Source: an uncultured Actinomycetota bacterium
GTDB lineage: Bacteria > Actinomycetota > Actinomycetes > Streptosporangiales > Streptosporangiaceae
Assembly: GCA_963839095.1 (NCBI GenBank)
Contig: CAWIUF010000004.1
Location: 669 to 64,668 of the forward strand
DNA length: 64,000 bases
Direction of reading: 5' to 3'
Shown here: piece after piece, positions 49,264 through 58,699 of the stretch
Layout of the letters: every line of letters begins with the position of its first letter
Numbering within the stretch: the stretch's first letter is position 1
Notes under the pieces: model-generated
Told to the model about the DNA's origin: nothing
Database searches by the model: none
The model's input: the letters and a program-made list of their open reading frames with translations, nothing else
Made by a program: the position numbers and the translations under genes

Positions 49264-49896
49264 GTGAAGTTTCTCGTCCTCGGAGCAACCGGGCGCACCG
49301 GCGTCCTCTTCATCAAGAAGGCAGTCGACCAGGGACACCAGGTCACTGCCCTCGTCCGGCGGGCCGACGCCGCCGTTGACCCGCGTACTCGAATCCTCAG
49401 CGGCGACGTCACCGATGCCACCATGATCGCGTCAGCGGCCCGAGGCCACGACGCGATCATCAGCACGCTCGGAGTGAAAAGCGCCCGCGAGACCCCAACG
49501 CTGGTCACCAACACCGTCCGCGCAGTCATCGCATCCGCGAAAACATCAGGCGTTGACCGTTTCGTCATCGTGTCTGCGTTCGGAGTCGGCGACTCCCTCG
49601 CCAAGGCCTCATTCCTCGTAAGCCCCCTATTCCGAACCGTACTTCGGAAAACCTATGCAGACAAAGCCGCCTCGGAAGTGCTCTTGAGGGCCAGCGATCT
49701 GAAATGGACCCTCGAATACCCCGGAGCATTGAACAACGGTGATAGCACCCGCTACAACGCCATTTCACTCGAGGACGTCACGAAATTGCCGATCTTCCCC
49801 TCAACCTCTCGCGCAAACGTCGCTGACTTCCTCCTCCGCTCCGCCGTGGAAGACACCTTCATCCGTCAGATCGCCGTAGTCACCGACGCCAAATAG
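49264..49896 (+). CDS. NAD(P)H-binding (NmrA/BVR-B-like) oxidoreductase
   Basis: GTG 49264. Rossmann motif KFLVLGATGRTG. 210 aa. Locally lower GC. Confidence 0.75.
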   Translation: MKFLVLGATGRTGVLFIKKAVDQGHQVTALVRRADAAVDPRTRILSGDVTDATMIASAARGHDAIISTLGVKSARETPTLVTNTVRAVIASAKTSGVDRFVIVSAFGVGDSLAKASFLVSPLFRTVLRKTYADKAASEVLLRASDLKWTLEYPGALNNGDSTRYNAISLEDVTKLPIFPSTSRANVADFLLRSAVEDTFIRQIAVVTDAK

Positions 49897-50347
49897 GTCA
49901 CGGCTCGTCCGTGTTATCGCAGGCCGCGAGCAGCGGATGATGCCCGTAGCCTTTGAAATTCGCTTCCGCGAGTCCCTTGTCGCTGTGCGCCTGCACGACG
50001 GTCGCGTCCAGCCGGATGCAGGCCACGCCCTCCAGCTGCCGGTCCGGGACCCGGACCGGTGCCAGGGGACCGGCCTGCGCCCAGGCGTGCCCGGCGTGCC
50101 CTGTTCACCGCGGCGGTGACGTTCCTGCGGGCGCGGTCCCCGCCGGACGCGGCCCCACCAGCCAGGCACAACACGCCCCCGCCGACACCAGCCAAGCCCT
50201 TTCCCGCTCATCACGCGACCAGAGAGGCTGCCCGATGGCCCATCGACGCCGGACGAGCCGGGGTCGGGATCATCTTCGTGGCACGCCCGACCGGCGATGG
50301 GCTACGCTCGTCATCAGTAGATCGTTCCAACTTGCAGGCTAGGGGAG

Positions 50348-51400
50348 GTGCCGATGCCGTCCCCGGCCGAGCCGCCGGCTTCCCGGCCCACCATCCGTGA
50401 CGTGGCCGAACGCGCCGGCGTCTCCAAGTCCCTGGTCTCCCTCGTCCTGCAGGGCTCGCCGAAGGTCAGCGCCGACCGCCGCGCCGCCGTGGACCAGGCC
50501 ATCGCCGAGCTCGGCTACCGGCCCAACGCAGCCGCCCGGACCCTGCGCGAGGGACGCAGCCGGGCGATCGGGGTGCTCCTCAACGACGTCCGCCACCCCT
50601 GGTACGTCGACCTGCTCGACGGGCTGATCTCCGTCGTGGAAGCCGAGGGCAGGCACCTGGTCCTCAGCGGCGGCGGCCGGCTCGACCGGCGCACCGACGA
50701 TTCGGTCCTGCGCGGCTTCCTCGGCCTCGAGGCCGACGGGTTCGTGCTGGCCGGCACCCAGGCCAACTCGCCGGTCATCGCCGAGATCGCCGGCGTCGTC
50801 CCCACCGTCGCGGTGGGCTGGCGCGATATCGACCTGCCGCGGGTGGACGCGGTGGCGAACGACGACCTGCTCGGCGCGACGCTGGCCACCCGCCACCTGA
50901 TCGACCTCGGCCACCGCCGGATCGCTCACATCTCCGGGCGCGTGTCCGGCACCGGCAACGTGGTCCCGAAGCTGCGCCAGCAGGGCTACGAGGACACCAT
51001 GCGGGCCTGCGGCCTGGGCGAGTACCTCAGGACCGAGTCGGCCGACTTCACCGAGGACGGCGGCTACCGCGCCACCGTGCGCCTGCTCAGCGGGCCGCGG
51101 CCGCCCACCGCGATCTTCGCCGTGGACGACCTGACCTGCGTCGGCGCCCGGTCGGCGGCCTCGGAAATGAACGTCGACGTGCCCGGCCGCCTCTCGCTCG
51201 TCGGCTACGACAACACCTACCTGGCCCGGCTGCGGTCGATCTGGCTCACCAGCGTCGACAGCGCCGGCTTCGACTGCGGCCGGCTCGCCGCCCGCACCCT
51301 GCTCGCTCGCGTCGCCGACCCGGGGCGCCCGGCCGGGCTGCACCTGCTGCCCCCCGCCCTGCAGGTCCGCGGCTCCACCGCCCCTCCGCCGTCAGGTTGA
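50348..51400 (+). CDS. LacI family transcriptional regulator
   Basis: HTH TIRDVAERAGVSKSLVSLVLQG..V.. plus a periplasmic-binding-protein-like domain. Confidence 0.85.
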   Translation: MPMPSPAEPPASRPTIRDVAERAGVSKSLVSLVLQGSPKVSADRRAAVDQAIAELGYRPNAAARTLREGRSRAIGVLLNDVRHPWYVDLLDGLISVVEAEGRHLVLSGGGRLDRRTDDSVLRGFLGLEADGFVLAGTQANSPVIAEIAGVVPTVAVGWRDIDLPRVDAVANDDLLGATLATRHLIDLGHRRIAHISGRVSGTGNVVPKLRQQGYEDTMRACGLGEYLRTESADFTEDGGYRATVRLLSGPRPPTAIFAVDDLTCVGARSAASEMNVDVPGRLSLVGYDNTYLARLRSIWLTSVDSAGFDCGRLAARTLLARVADPGRPAGLHLLPPALQVRGSTAPPPSG

Positions 51401-51541
51401 GGTATTTCTCCCGCCGCGCCGTGCTCCTGGATAACGAAGATGCAAGAACCGCCTGCGCTCATGGAGGAAAAGTGACATTCGCGGCCGACTTCCTCAGGCT
51501 GGATCTTCTGGCGCTCCCCTGGCGTTCCGGCCAGGCTCGGC

Positions 51542-52030
51542 GTGGGCCTCTACCTGAGGCCCGGAAACAACTCCAAGCCGCTGCTCCTGCTGGCGCCAGC
51601 CGCGGGTAACTCCGTCGAACCGCACGTCAGGTACGCGGTCGACCTGGAGCTCACGCTGGCCGACGGCATGGTGGTCAAGGATCTGGGACAGCTCGTCGTC
51701 ACCCGTGACCGGATCCTCGGGATGGTCACGTACGGCTCGGCCGGCCCGGCCACTCTGGACGCCGCGGCGGGGGCGGTCTACGCCTTCTCGGCCCCCTTGG
51801 ATGGCCTGCGATGCTCCGGGATCATCAAGAAGCGGCGGGGCGTTCCCGGCGGAACGTTCATCAGGCCGGGGAACGGCCAGCCGCCGGAGTTCGAACTACG
51901 GGTCATAGCGGTGCGGGGGAGCCTGGACGACGACGGGCGGCTGACCTTCGGTGTGTCGCTGGCCGACCTGGTGACAGCGCTCGCGCCCGGGTCGCGGAGC
52001 CTGGCGGATCCCTCGGCCGGCGGCTTGTGA
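51542..52030 (+). CDS. hypothetical protein
   Basis: 162-codon GC3-rich ORF (GTG start). No family recognised. Confidence 0.4.
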   Translation: MGLYLRPGNNSKPLLLLAPAAGNSVEPHVRYAVDLELTLADGMVVKDLGQLVVTRDRILGMVTYGSAGPATLDAAAGAVYAFSAPLDGLRCSGIIKKRRGVPGGTFIRPGNGQPPEFELRVIAVRGSLDDDGRLTFGVSLADLVTALAPGSRSLADPSAGGL

Positions 52031-52036
52031 GCGTGG

Positions 52037-52225
52037 TCAGCGCAGGATCAGGCCGCCGTCGGTGCACAGCGTCTGGCCGGTGAGCGCGGCCGCCGCGTCC
52101 GAGGCGAGGAAGGCTACGGTGGCGGCCACGTCATCCGGCACCAGCGTGCGGGGGAGGGCCTGCCGCGAGCGCACCTCGTCGAACGCGGCACGCCCCGGCC
52201 GGCCCGTAGCCCGCCACCACGACAT
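52037..52225 (-). pseudogene. C-terminal scrap of a short-chain dehydrogenase/reductase
   Basis: ..LVPDDVAATVAFLASDAAAALTGQTLCTDGGLILR* is the SDR tail. The Rossmann and catalytic parts are absent. Confidence 0.55.
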
Positions 52226-52314
52226 CAGCCCTCATGCCCGCTCCACCCGTCAAGCTTTCATCAGATGAAAACGACTTTCAAAGATTGATGTTACCTCACC
52301 CCTGCCATGCTTCT

Positions 52315-53073
52315 TTAAGACAGCCGCCCGGCGGGGATGAGCGGAGCCGTGGGCGGCAGCGGTGTGCGCCCGGCCCTGATCAGCGCGGATACGGACGCGA
52401 TGTGCAGCGCGAGCAGCAGCGGCACGTCGACCGTCGGGATCAGCGCGAGCGGCATCCCGCTGATCGGCGCACCGGACGGGGTGGTGTGAATCACCTGGAA
52501 TCCGACCAGGGCGCCCAGGGTCATGGCCACAACCAGGTCAGTGATGCCGAACGCGTTGAGCCACAGCGCGGCGCGGTGGCCGGTGCCCTGCGCCAGCCTA
52601 CGTACCACCAGTGGCGCGGCGATGCCGGTGGCAATGTCACCCAGGCCCGCGGGCAGGGCGAACAGCGCGGGCAGGTGGCCGAGGGCCATGGTGATCAGGA
52701 AGGTCACCGCAGCCACGCGGAACGTGTGCGGGAACTCCAGGCGCCCCGTCATGCCCGGTGCGGTCAGGGCGCGCGTCACGACCGGGATCCGGCGTAGTAG
52801 CAGCAGCAGGCCCAGGAAGCCGACCGCCGCGACCGGCATCCACGGCACCCCGTGACCGAGCCGCGTGTGGTACCAGCCGTGACCGGCGATCTCCGCACTG
52901 GCGGCAAACCAGCCGCCGAACACGATGGCCGCACCGCCGGCGAGCAGCGCCGCGCGCCGCCGGCCCAGGCTCGCGCGTATCGCGCCGCCGTACAGTACGA
53001 CGCAGGTCGCGGCCAGGGCCGCGATGACACCGGCGAAGGTGATCGCCCACAGATAGCCAGGCGGGTCATACAT
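52315..53073 (-). CDS. integral membrane protein (about 7-8 TM), unknown function
   Basis: ATG 53073 with SD GGAGGA. Multiple hydrophobic spans. Divergent from the HxlR regulator. Confidence 0.65.
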   Translation of the reverse strand: MYDPPGYLWAITFAGVIAALAATCVVLYGGAIRASLGRRRAALLAGGAAIVFGGWFAASAEIAGHGWYHTRLGHGVPWMPVAAVGFLGLLLLLRRIPVVTRALTAPGMTGRLEFPHTFRVAAVTFLITMALGHLPALFALPAGLGDIATGIAAPLVVRRLAQGTGHRAALWLNAFGITDLVVAMTLGALVGFQVIHTTPSGAPISGMPLALIPTVDVPLLLALHIASVSALIRAGRTPLPPTAPLIPAGRLS

Positions 53074-53094
53074 GACATCCTCCGATGCTCGAGT

Positions 53095-53133
53095 TATAGT
53101 ATCCAAAAGATACTATAATCAAGATAGTATCTT
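53095..53133. promoter_or_regulatory. candidate HxlR operators in an AT-rich divergent promoter
   Basis: TATAGTATC-CAAAA-GATACTATA (53095-53117) and AAGATAGTATCTT (53121-53133) share the ATAGTATC core. Confidence 0.55.
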
Positions 53134-53166
53134 CCAACTATTAAAGTGGAGAGCGTGACTCGGAAC

Positions 53167-53835
53167 ATGAGGACCTACGACCACTTCTGCATGGTCGCCC
53201 GCGCGCTGGAACGCGTCGGCGACCGGTGGAGCCTGCTGATAATCCGCGACCTCCTGACCGGCGCCAAGCGGTTCACCGACCTGATGGACCGCCTCGGCGG
53301 GATCACCCCCAAGACCCTCAGCCAGCGCCTGAGCGAGCTGGAGGAAGCCGGGCTCGTCGCCGTCGACCGGGAACCGGGCCGACGTGAGGTCTGGTATCGC
53401 CTGACACCAGCCGGAACCGACCTCGGGCCTGTCATCGACGAGCTCAGCTGGTGGGGGCTACGGCACGCCTGGCGCCGACCCCGGGACGGCGAGCCGCTGC
53501 ATGCCGAGCACCAGCTCCGCAGTGCCATCCGGGCCATCGACCACGCCGCCGCCGACCATGAGCCTGCCCGCTGGCACTTCCGCCTCGACGGCGCGGACTA
53601 CCTGGCCGAAAGCGACGGCCAGCACTGGACGCTCAGCGACCAGGTCCCGTCCGGCCCCGCCGACGTGACGATCACCGCGACCACCCGGGCGCTGACCGCT
53701 TTCATCTTCACCGGATCACAAGCCGGCCTCGACATCATGGGGGAACCCGGGGCGGTCCGGCGGTTCCGGCAACTGGTCAGGACCATGGCCACCGTCGTCC
53801 ATCCCGACGGGCAATCACCGAATGGATCCGCATAG
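53167..53835 (+). CDS. HxlR-type wHTH regulator with an SCP2-like C-terminal domain
   Basis: CMVARALERVGDRWSLLIIRDLLTGAKRFTDLMDRLGGITPKTLSQRLSELEEAGLV... Confidence 0.8.
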   Translation: MRTYDHFCMVARALERVGDRWSLLIIRDLLTGAKRFTDLMDRLGGITPKTLSQRLSELEEAGLVAVDREPGRREVWYRLTPAGTDLGPVIDELSWWGLRHAWRRPRDGEPLHAEHQLRSAIRAIDHAAADHEPARWHFRLDGADYLAESDGQHWTLSDQVPSGPADVTITATTRALTAFIFTGSQAGLDIMGEPGAVRRFRQLVRTMATVVHPDGQSPNGSA

Positions 53836-53861
53836 GCCTAACGGGTGCCGGCACAGAGGCG

Positions 53862-54476
53862 TCAGCGCAGCTCAATGCCACCGTCGGGACCCCCGAGCCG
53901 GGCGACAAGCGCGGCCCTGGCCGCTGGCCTGATCTCGACGTCCGCTCCGAGGGCGGCGAGCAATGGCGCGACCGACGGGGGATCGGGGTGCTCAAGGTGG
54001 AAGCTCTCGAGCGTAATCCCGGGAGGTGCTGAGCTGGCGGGATGCTCGGTGTCGCCCCAGCTGATCAGGAACGGGACCAGCCCGTCGGCCGTGGGGCTGA
54101 CCGTCATGCGCCAGTGAAGCACCGCTCCGGTCGGCCCGGTCCGCTGTCCGTCAGTCGCCTCGCCCGGGTCATAGCCGTCGCGGCGAGCCCGGGCGACCAT
54201 CGCGGCGATATCGTCGCAGGCCAGAGCCCAGCTGACCAGCCTGCTGCGGCTGATCCCGTCGATACCGAAGGGACGGGGCCCGGCGGGCCGCGGCTGGCCA
54301 GGATCGGCCGCGATGATTTCCAGGTACGTCTCCGGACCGAGCGCCAGCAGCGCGTTATGGGTGCCCAGCCCGGTGTGCCGGCCGCCGTCCTGGGCCCGGA
54401 CGCCGAGCCGTTCCTCCACGTCGTCGACCGCCGCCCGGAGATCCGGAACGGCATAGACCAGATGGTCGATCAGCAT
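53862..54476 (-). CDS. VOC (glyoxalase-like) family protein
   Basis: ATG 54476. IDHLVYAVPDLRAAVDDVEERLGV..GGRH.GLGTHNALLALG.. fits the glyoxalase-like domain pattern. Confidence 0.7.
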   Translation of the reverse strand: MLIDHLVYAVPDLRAAVDDVEERLGVRAQDGGRHTGLGTHNALLALGPETYLEIIAADPGQPRPAGPRPFGIDGISRSRLVSWALACDDIAAMVARARRDGYDPGEATDGQRTGPTGAVLHWRMTVSPTADGLVPFLISWGDTEHPASSAPPGITLESFHLEHPDPPSVAPLLAALGADVEIRPAARAALVARLGGPDGGIELR

Positions 54477-54816
54477 GCGGTCGTCACCCTCCACCGCTAT
54501 CACATCTGACCGCCCCGCGGCATTCCGGAGAGCTGCTGACTATCGCTCCGGGCATGTCCAGCCAGTGAGGGCGAGACCGGGGGCAGCCACGCCAGTCACA
54601 CCACCCTCATAAGAATATTTGTTTGAATTTCTCGTACTAGATGAAATCTAACTGCAATCTACGATAGTGTGTTCGACAAACATCCCGCCGAACGGGGTGA
54701 AGAGCACTTGGACCCGAGGGCAGTGTCCTGCCACCACCGACGCCTGGCGCGCCGCCATCCGGCGCCTTTCCGCGGCGCTTTCGTCTCTAGCAGCAGCTCC
54801 CCAAGGCAGTAGTCCG

Positions 54817-55311
54817 CTAAGGCAGCAGCTCGAGACGGCGGACCAGCTTGGCTACCTGGTTCCGCGGCCCGATCACGCTGATGGCCAGGGGAGCCAGGTC
54901 GCCCGGCTCGGTCTTGGCCAGTTCCCGCAGGTAGTCGTCGTACACCCGGGTCGCCTGGGCCGAGGCGGCCATATCGGCCGCGAGCAGCCGCCGCTCGATG
55001 GCCTGTTCCCTGATCGCACTCAGCTGGGCCGAGCCGGCCGCGAGGACCGAGCACCCCGCCCACGGCAGCCCCGGATGCCAGTGATCCGAAGCGTCCGGAC
55101 CGCCCGCCCCCAGCAGCCCGCTAACCCCGGGCGAGGTCGCGGCGGCGACGCACACGGCCGCGTTGACGGCCTGCCCGGGGGAGAGCGACTCGTCCACGAT
55201 CACGACCCACTTCAGCTTCGCCGCCCCGGTCCGCTCCCCGGTGCTCATCTCGTCAGGCGAGTAACCATGCACGCCCTGACCATCATCTTCCCGTATTTCA
55301 GACGCAGACAT
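54817..55311 (-). CDS. DUF2000 protein
   Basis: ..KLKWVVIVDESLSPGQAVNAAVCVAAA...RVYDDYLRELAKT..LAISVIGPRNQVAKLVRRLELLP matches the DUF2000 pattern (memory). Divergent from the Lrp regulator. Confidence 0.65.
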   Translation of the reverse strand: MSASEIREDDGQGVHGYSPDEMSTGERTGAAKLKWVVIVDESLSPGQAVNAAVCVAAATSPGVSGLLGAGGPDASDHWHPGLPWAGCSVLAAGSAQLSAIREQAIERRLLAADMAASAQATRVYDDYLRELAKTEPGDLAPLAISVIGPRNQVAKLVRRLELLP

Positions 55312-55352
55312 ACATGAATTCTAGATGCCTATGCGGCAGTCAATCTATATAA

Positions 55353-55367
55353 CCGAACATAGTTCGG
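55353..55367. promoter_or_regulatory. 6-3-6 inverted repeat CCGAAC-ATA-GTTCGG upstream of the Lrp gene
   Basis: Lies 14 nt before the ATG at 55381 in an AT-rich spacer. Confidence 0.4.
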
Positions 55368-55380
55368 CTACCCTGTCGAT

Positions 55381-55845
55381 ATGCCTGACCTGGACGAACT
55401 AGATACGGCGCTCCTGCGCGAACTGCAGCACGATGCACGGCGAACCAACCGGGATCTGGCCGAGGCGATCGGCGTCGCGCCCAGTACGGCGCTCGACCGG
55501 ACCCGGTCGCTACGCCAGCGCGGGGTGATCCGCGGCGCCCTGCTCGACGTGGACCTCGCCGCCATCGGCCGCCCGGTCCAGGCGCTGATCGCCGTCCGGA
55601 TCCGGCCGCCGTCCCGGCGCAACATCGAGGCCTTCCGCGACTGGGCGGCCCGGCTCCCGGACACCGTGGGCGTATTCGTCGTCTCCGGCAGCGAGGACTT
55701 CCTGATCCACGTCGCGGTGGCCGGCAACCAGCATCTCTACGCCTTCGTCATCGACAAGCTGACCGAACGCCCCGAGGTGGCCGACGTCCGGACCAGCGTC
55801 ATCTACGAGCACCTGCGCAACCACGCCGTCGCCCCGGAACCTTAA
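55381..55845 (+). CDS. Lrp/AsnC family transcriptional regulator
   Basis: LDELDTALLRELQHDARRTNRDLAEAIGVAPSTALDRTRSLRQRGVI.. plus a RAM domain. Confidence 0.85.
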   Translation: MPDLDELDTALLRELQHDARRTNRDLAEAIGVAPSTALDRTRSLRQRGVIRGALLDVDLAAIGRPVQALIAVRIRPPSRRNIEAFRDWAARLPDTVGVFVVSGSEDFLIHVAVAGNQHLYAFVIDKLTERPEVADVRTSVIYEHLRNHAVAPEP

Positions 55846-56498
55846 TGAGCTGAGCCCAGCGCGGGCTGCCGGAACGTGCCGGGAATCGGCAGGTCTCCGA
55901 ACTGCGAAAACGGCCACATGATGAGGAAGGCCCGGCCGACTACCTGGCTCTCCGGGATGGTCCCGTCGTCCGGCGCGGTGGTCATGTGCCCGCGGGAGTC
56001 GTCGGAGATCGCCCGGGCGTCGCCCATGACCCACAGCCGCCCGGGCGGGACGACGATGCTGAAACGCGGCACCGAGGGGGTCGCGCCGGGGAACAGGTAG
56101 GACTTCTCGTCCAGCGGGATCCCGTTGACCGTCAGCTTGCCGCTGTGCGTGCAGCACGCCACGTGGTCACCGGGCAGCCCGATGACCCGCTTGATGTAGT
56201 ACGTCTGCGTGCTGTAGATCCCGGCATCGGAGAGCACGTCGTCCACCACCCGCAGGAACGGGTTGCGCGGCGGCGCGGGATCCGGCGCGCCCGACATGCT
56301 GCCCCACGAGCCCCGCCCGCTGAACACCACGATGTCCCCGCGGCCGATGCCGCGGAAGTGGTAGACGACCTTGCTCACCAGGACCCGGTCCCCGGTGAGC
56401 AGGGTGTCTTCCATCGATGCGGAGGGGATCCGGTACACCTGCACGACGAACGCCTTGACCAGCAGCATGAGCACGATCGCCGCCAGCACGATGGCCAT
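55842..56498 (-). CDS. lepB: signal peptidase I
   Basis: IPSASMEDTL (Ser box), YIKRVIGLPGD (Lys box), GDARAISDDSR. A typical N-terminal tail (MTNDQRD...RKRSWRR) sits upstream in another frame (ORF to 56610), so a frameshift near 56500 is possible. Confidence 0.85.
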   Translation of the reverse strand: MAIVLAAIVLMLLVKAFVVQVYRIPSASMEDTLLTGDRVLVSKVVYHFRGIGRGDIVVFSGRGSWGSMSGAPDPAPPRNPFLRVVDDVLSDAGIYSTQTYYIKRVIGLPGDHVACCTHSGKLTVNGIPLDEKSYLFPGATPSVPRFSIVVPPGRLWVMGDARAISDDSRGHMTTAPDDGTIPESQVVGRAFLIMWPFSQFGDLPIPGTFRQPALGSAH

Positions 56499-56664
56499 TC
56501 AGCCGGCGCCAGGACCTTTTCCGCGTCCCGGCCGGGGCGGGGTTTTCCTCCGCCGCGGGGGCCTGATCCTTGTCCGGGGGCGCGCCGGGATCGCGCTGAT
56601 CGTTGGTCATGATTCCCCCCGGCCCGGACGGCGGCGGGTTTTAGTGTGTCATATCTTGTGATGA

Positions 56665-57243
56665 GTGGGCCCGAGTTTCTCCCGCGCCGAGCTCAGGTCG
56701 TTCACCGGCGGCACCCTCCCGGACCTGATCGATGACGGCGTCAAGCTGCTCTTCACCGGCATCAATCCCGGCCTGCGCAGCGTCGCCGTCCAGGGCCACT
56801 TCGCGCCGCGCGGCAACCGCTTCTACCCGGCCCTGCTGCGGGCCGGGATCACTGATCACCTGGTCGACGCGTCGGCCGGCCTGGCCGACGCCGACCGGGC
56901 CTACCTGCTCGGCCGCGGCATCGGCATCACCAGCCTGGTCGCCCGGGCCACCGCCGGCGCGGACGAGCTCGGCCCGGCCGAGCTGACCGAAGGAACCAAG
57001 CGCCTCACCCGGATCGTCAGGAAATTCCGCCCGCGGGTCGTCGCCATCCTTGGCATCACCGCCTACCGGACCGCTTTCGGCCTGCCCCGGGCCACGCCTG
57101 GCCGCCAGCCCCAGGACCTGGAAGACGCCCAGCTCTGGGTCGTGCCCAACCCCAGCGGCCGCAACGCCCACGCCCCCCTGGACACCCTGGCCGCCGCCTA
57201 CCGCGAGGTCGCCCTCGCCGCCGGCATCACCCCGGAACCGTAA
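56665..57243 (+). CDS. mug: G/U mismatch-specific uracil-DNA glycosylase
   Basis: GINPGL and VVPNPSGRN motifs, colinear with E. coli Mug. Confidence 0.8.
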   Translation: MGPSFSRAELRSFTGGTLPDLIDDGVKLLFTGINPGLRSVAVQGHFAPRGNRFYPALLRAGITDHLVDASAGLADADRAYLLGRGIGITSLVARATAGADELGPAELTEGTKRLTRIVRKFRPRVVAILGITAYRTAFGLPRATPGRQPQDLEDAQLWVVPNPSGRNAHAPLDTLAAAYREVALAAGITPEP

Positions 57244-57565
57244 CGAACCTCAGGCGGGCCCGGCGTGCGGCCGGCGCCGCCACCACAGAATCCGCCGCTG
57301 GCGCGACCGGGTCAGAGTAACCACCGCCGATGCCTGCCGCCCGTCCTCGGGTTCCGCCGCCATGGCCTGCGGCGGCCGGAACGGCGGGCGGGGCCGCCTC
57401 GGCTCGCGCACGCCAGCAAGTCCCGGTCCGCTCTTGCGGCGGACGAACGGGACGTGCTCCCAGACCCAGACGAGCCAGCGTCTCAGGCCGGCCCAGGGGC
57501 GGCGCGGCACCACACCACCAGGCTAGCTTTGGAAACCACCGTTCGGAACCCCTACGGGAGCGCGG

Positions 57566-58699
57566 ATGACCATCCAGCACGTGCGCGTCGCAGGCACCAG
57601 CTACCAGCGCGGCCTGCAGTACGGCCAGCAGGCCGCGGACCGCGTGCGGCGGTCGGTGCAGGCCTACCAGCGGACCTTCGAGCACTTCGCGGGGTGGGAC
57701 TGGGTCACGGTCCGGCGCGAGGCGGCCCGGTTCGAGGCGCCCGTCCAGGCGTTCCGGCCCGCCTACGTCGAGGAGCTGCGCGGCATCGCCGACGGCGCCG
57801 GCCTCGACCTGACCGACGTGCTGGCGATCAACGTCCGCACCGAGGTGATGTACGCGGCCCAGGCCCGCCACGCGGCCCAGGCCCGCCACGCGCCCCGGCA
57901 GACACCAAAGACACCGAAGACCCTCGCCGAGTGCAGCGCGTTCGCCCGCGTCCCGGCGCCGGGGCAGCAAGGTCCGGCGCTCCTCGGCCAGAACTGGGAC
58001 TGGCTGCTGCACTCGGCGCAGACCATCGTCGTGCTGGAAGTCCGCCAGGACGACGGCCCGGACTTCGTCACCGTGGTCGAGGCGGGGCTGCTGGCCAAGA
58101 CCGGGATGAACGCGGCCGGCCTCGGCCTGGCGACCAACGCGATGGTCACCGACGCGGACATCGGCGACCCCGGGCTGCCCTATCACGTGCTGCTGCGCGC
58201 GATCCTCGACTGCGCCACCGTCACCGACGCCCTCGCGGCGCTCCAGGGCGGCCCGCGCTCCTCCTCCGCCAACTACCTGATCGCCCACGCCAGCGGCAGC
58301 GCCCTCGACATCGAGGCCGCCCCCGGCGACTTCACCCGGCTCTACCCGCTCTACCCCGACAACGGCACCCTCCTGCACACCAACCACTTCCAGCACCCTC
58401 GCATCCACCCGGCGGACCTGTCCCTGTGGGCCATGCCCAGCAGCCAGGTCCGGCTGCAGCGCCTCCAGGCCGCCCAGCAGGCCAGCGACCCGAGGACTCT
58501 CGACGATTTCAAGGCCCTCCTCGCCGACCATGCCGACTACCCGCACAGCGTCTGCGCCCATCCCGAGCCGGCCGCCCACCCGCTCGAGCAGGGCCAGACC
58601 GTCGCCTCGCTGCTGATGGACCTGACCGCCGGCCAGCTCTGGCTCGCCGCGGGCAACCCCTGCCAGGTCCCCTACGAGCAGCTGACCGTCAAGCTGTGA
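57566..58699 (+). CDS. C45-family Ntn hydrolase/acyltransferase (acyl-CoA:6-APA acyltransferase-like)
   Basis: 377 aa. ..LAECSAF.. putative autoprocessing Cys, ..LLGQNWDW.., ..SSANYLIA... Contains an in-frame 18-bp perfect tandem duplication (57854-57889). Confidence 0.75.
   Translation: MTIQHVRVAGTSYQRGLQYGQQAADRVRRSVQAYQRTFEHFAGWDWVTVRREAARFEAPVQAFRPAYVEELRGIADGAGLDLTDVLAINVRTEVMYAAQARHAAQARHAPRQTPKTPKTLAECSAFARVPAPGQQGPALLGQNWDWLLHSAQTIVVLEVRQDDGPDFVTVVEAGLLAKTGMNAAGLGLATNAMVTDADIGDPGLPYHVLLRAILDCATVTDALAALQGGPRSSSANYLIAHASGSALDIEAAPGDFTRLYPLYPDNGTLLHTNHFQHPRIHPADLSLWAMPSSQVRLQRLQAAQQASDPRTLDDFKALLADHADYPHSVCAHPEPAAHPLEQGQTVASLLMDLTAGQLWLAAGNPCQVPYEQLTVKL

Noticed and set aside
43727-50331. 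The 12-nt identity GATCGTTCCAAC shared by the P450/LAL spacer (43727-43738) and the LacI gene upstream region (50320-50331), as evidence of a common regulator
   Set aside because: Exact 12-mers recurring by chance are expected many times in 64 kb on two strands. Only a half-site is present at 50320, so this is noted as a testable idea, not a call.
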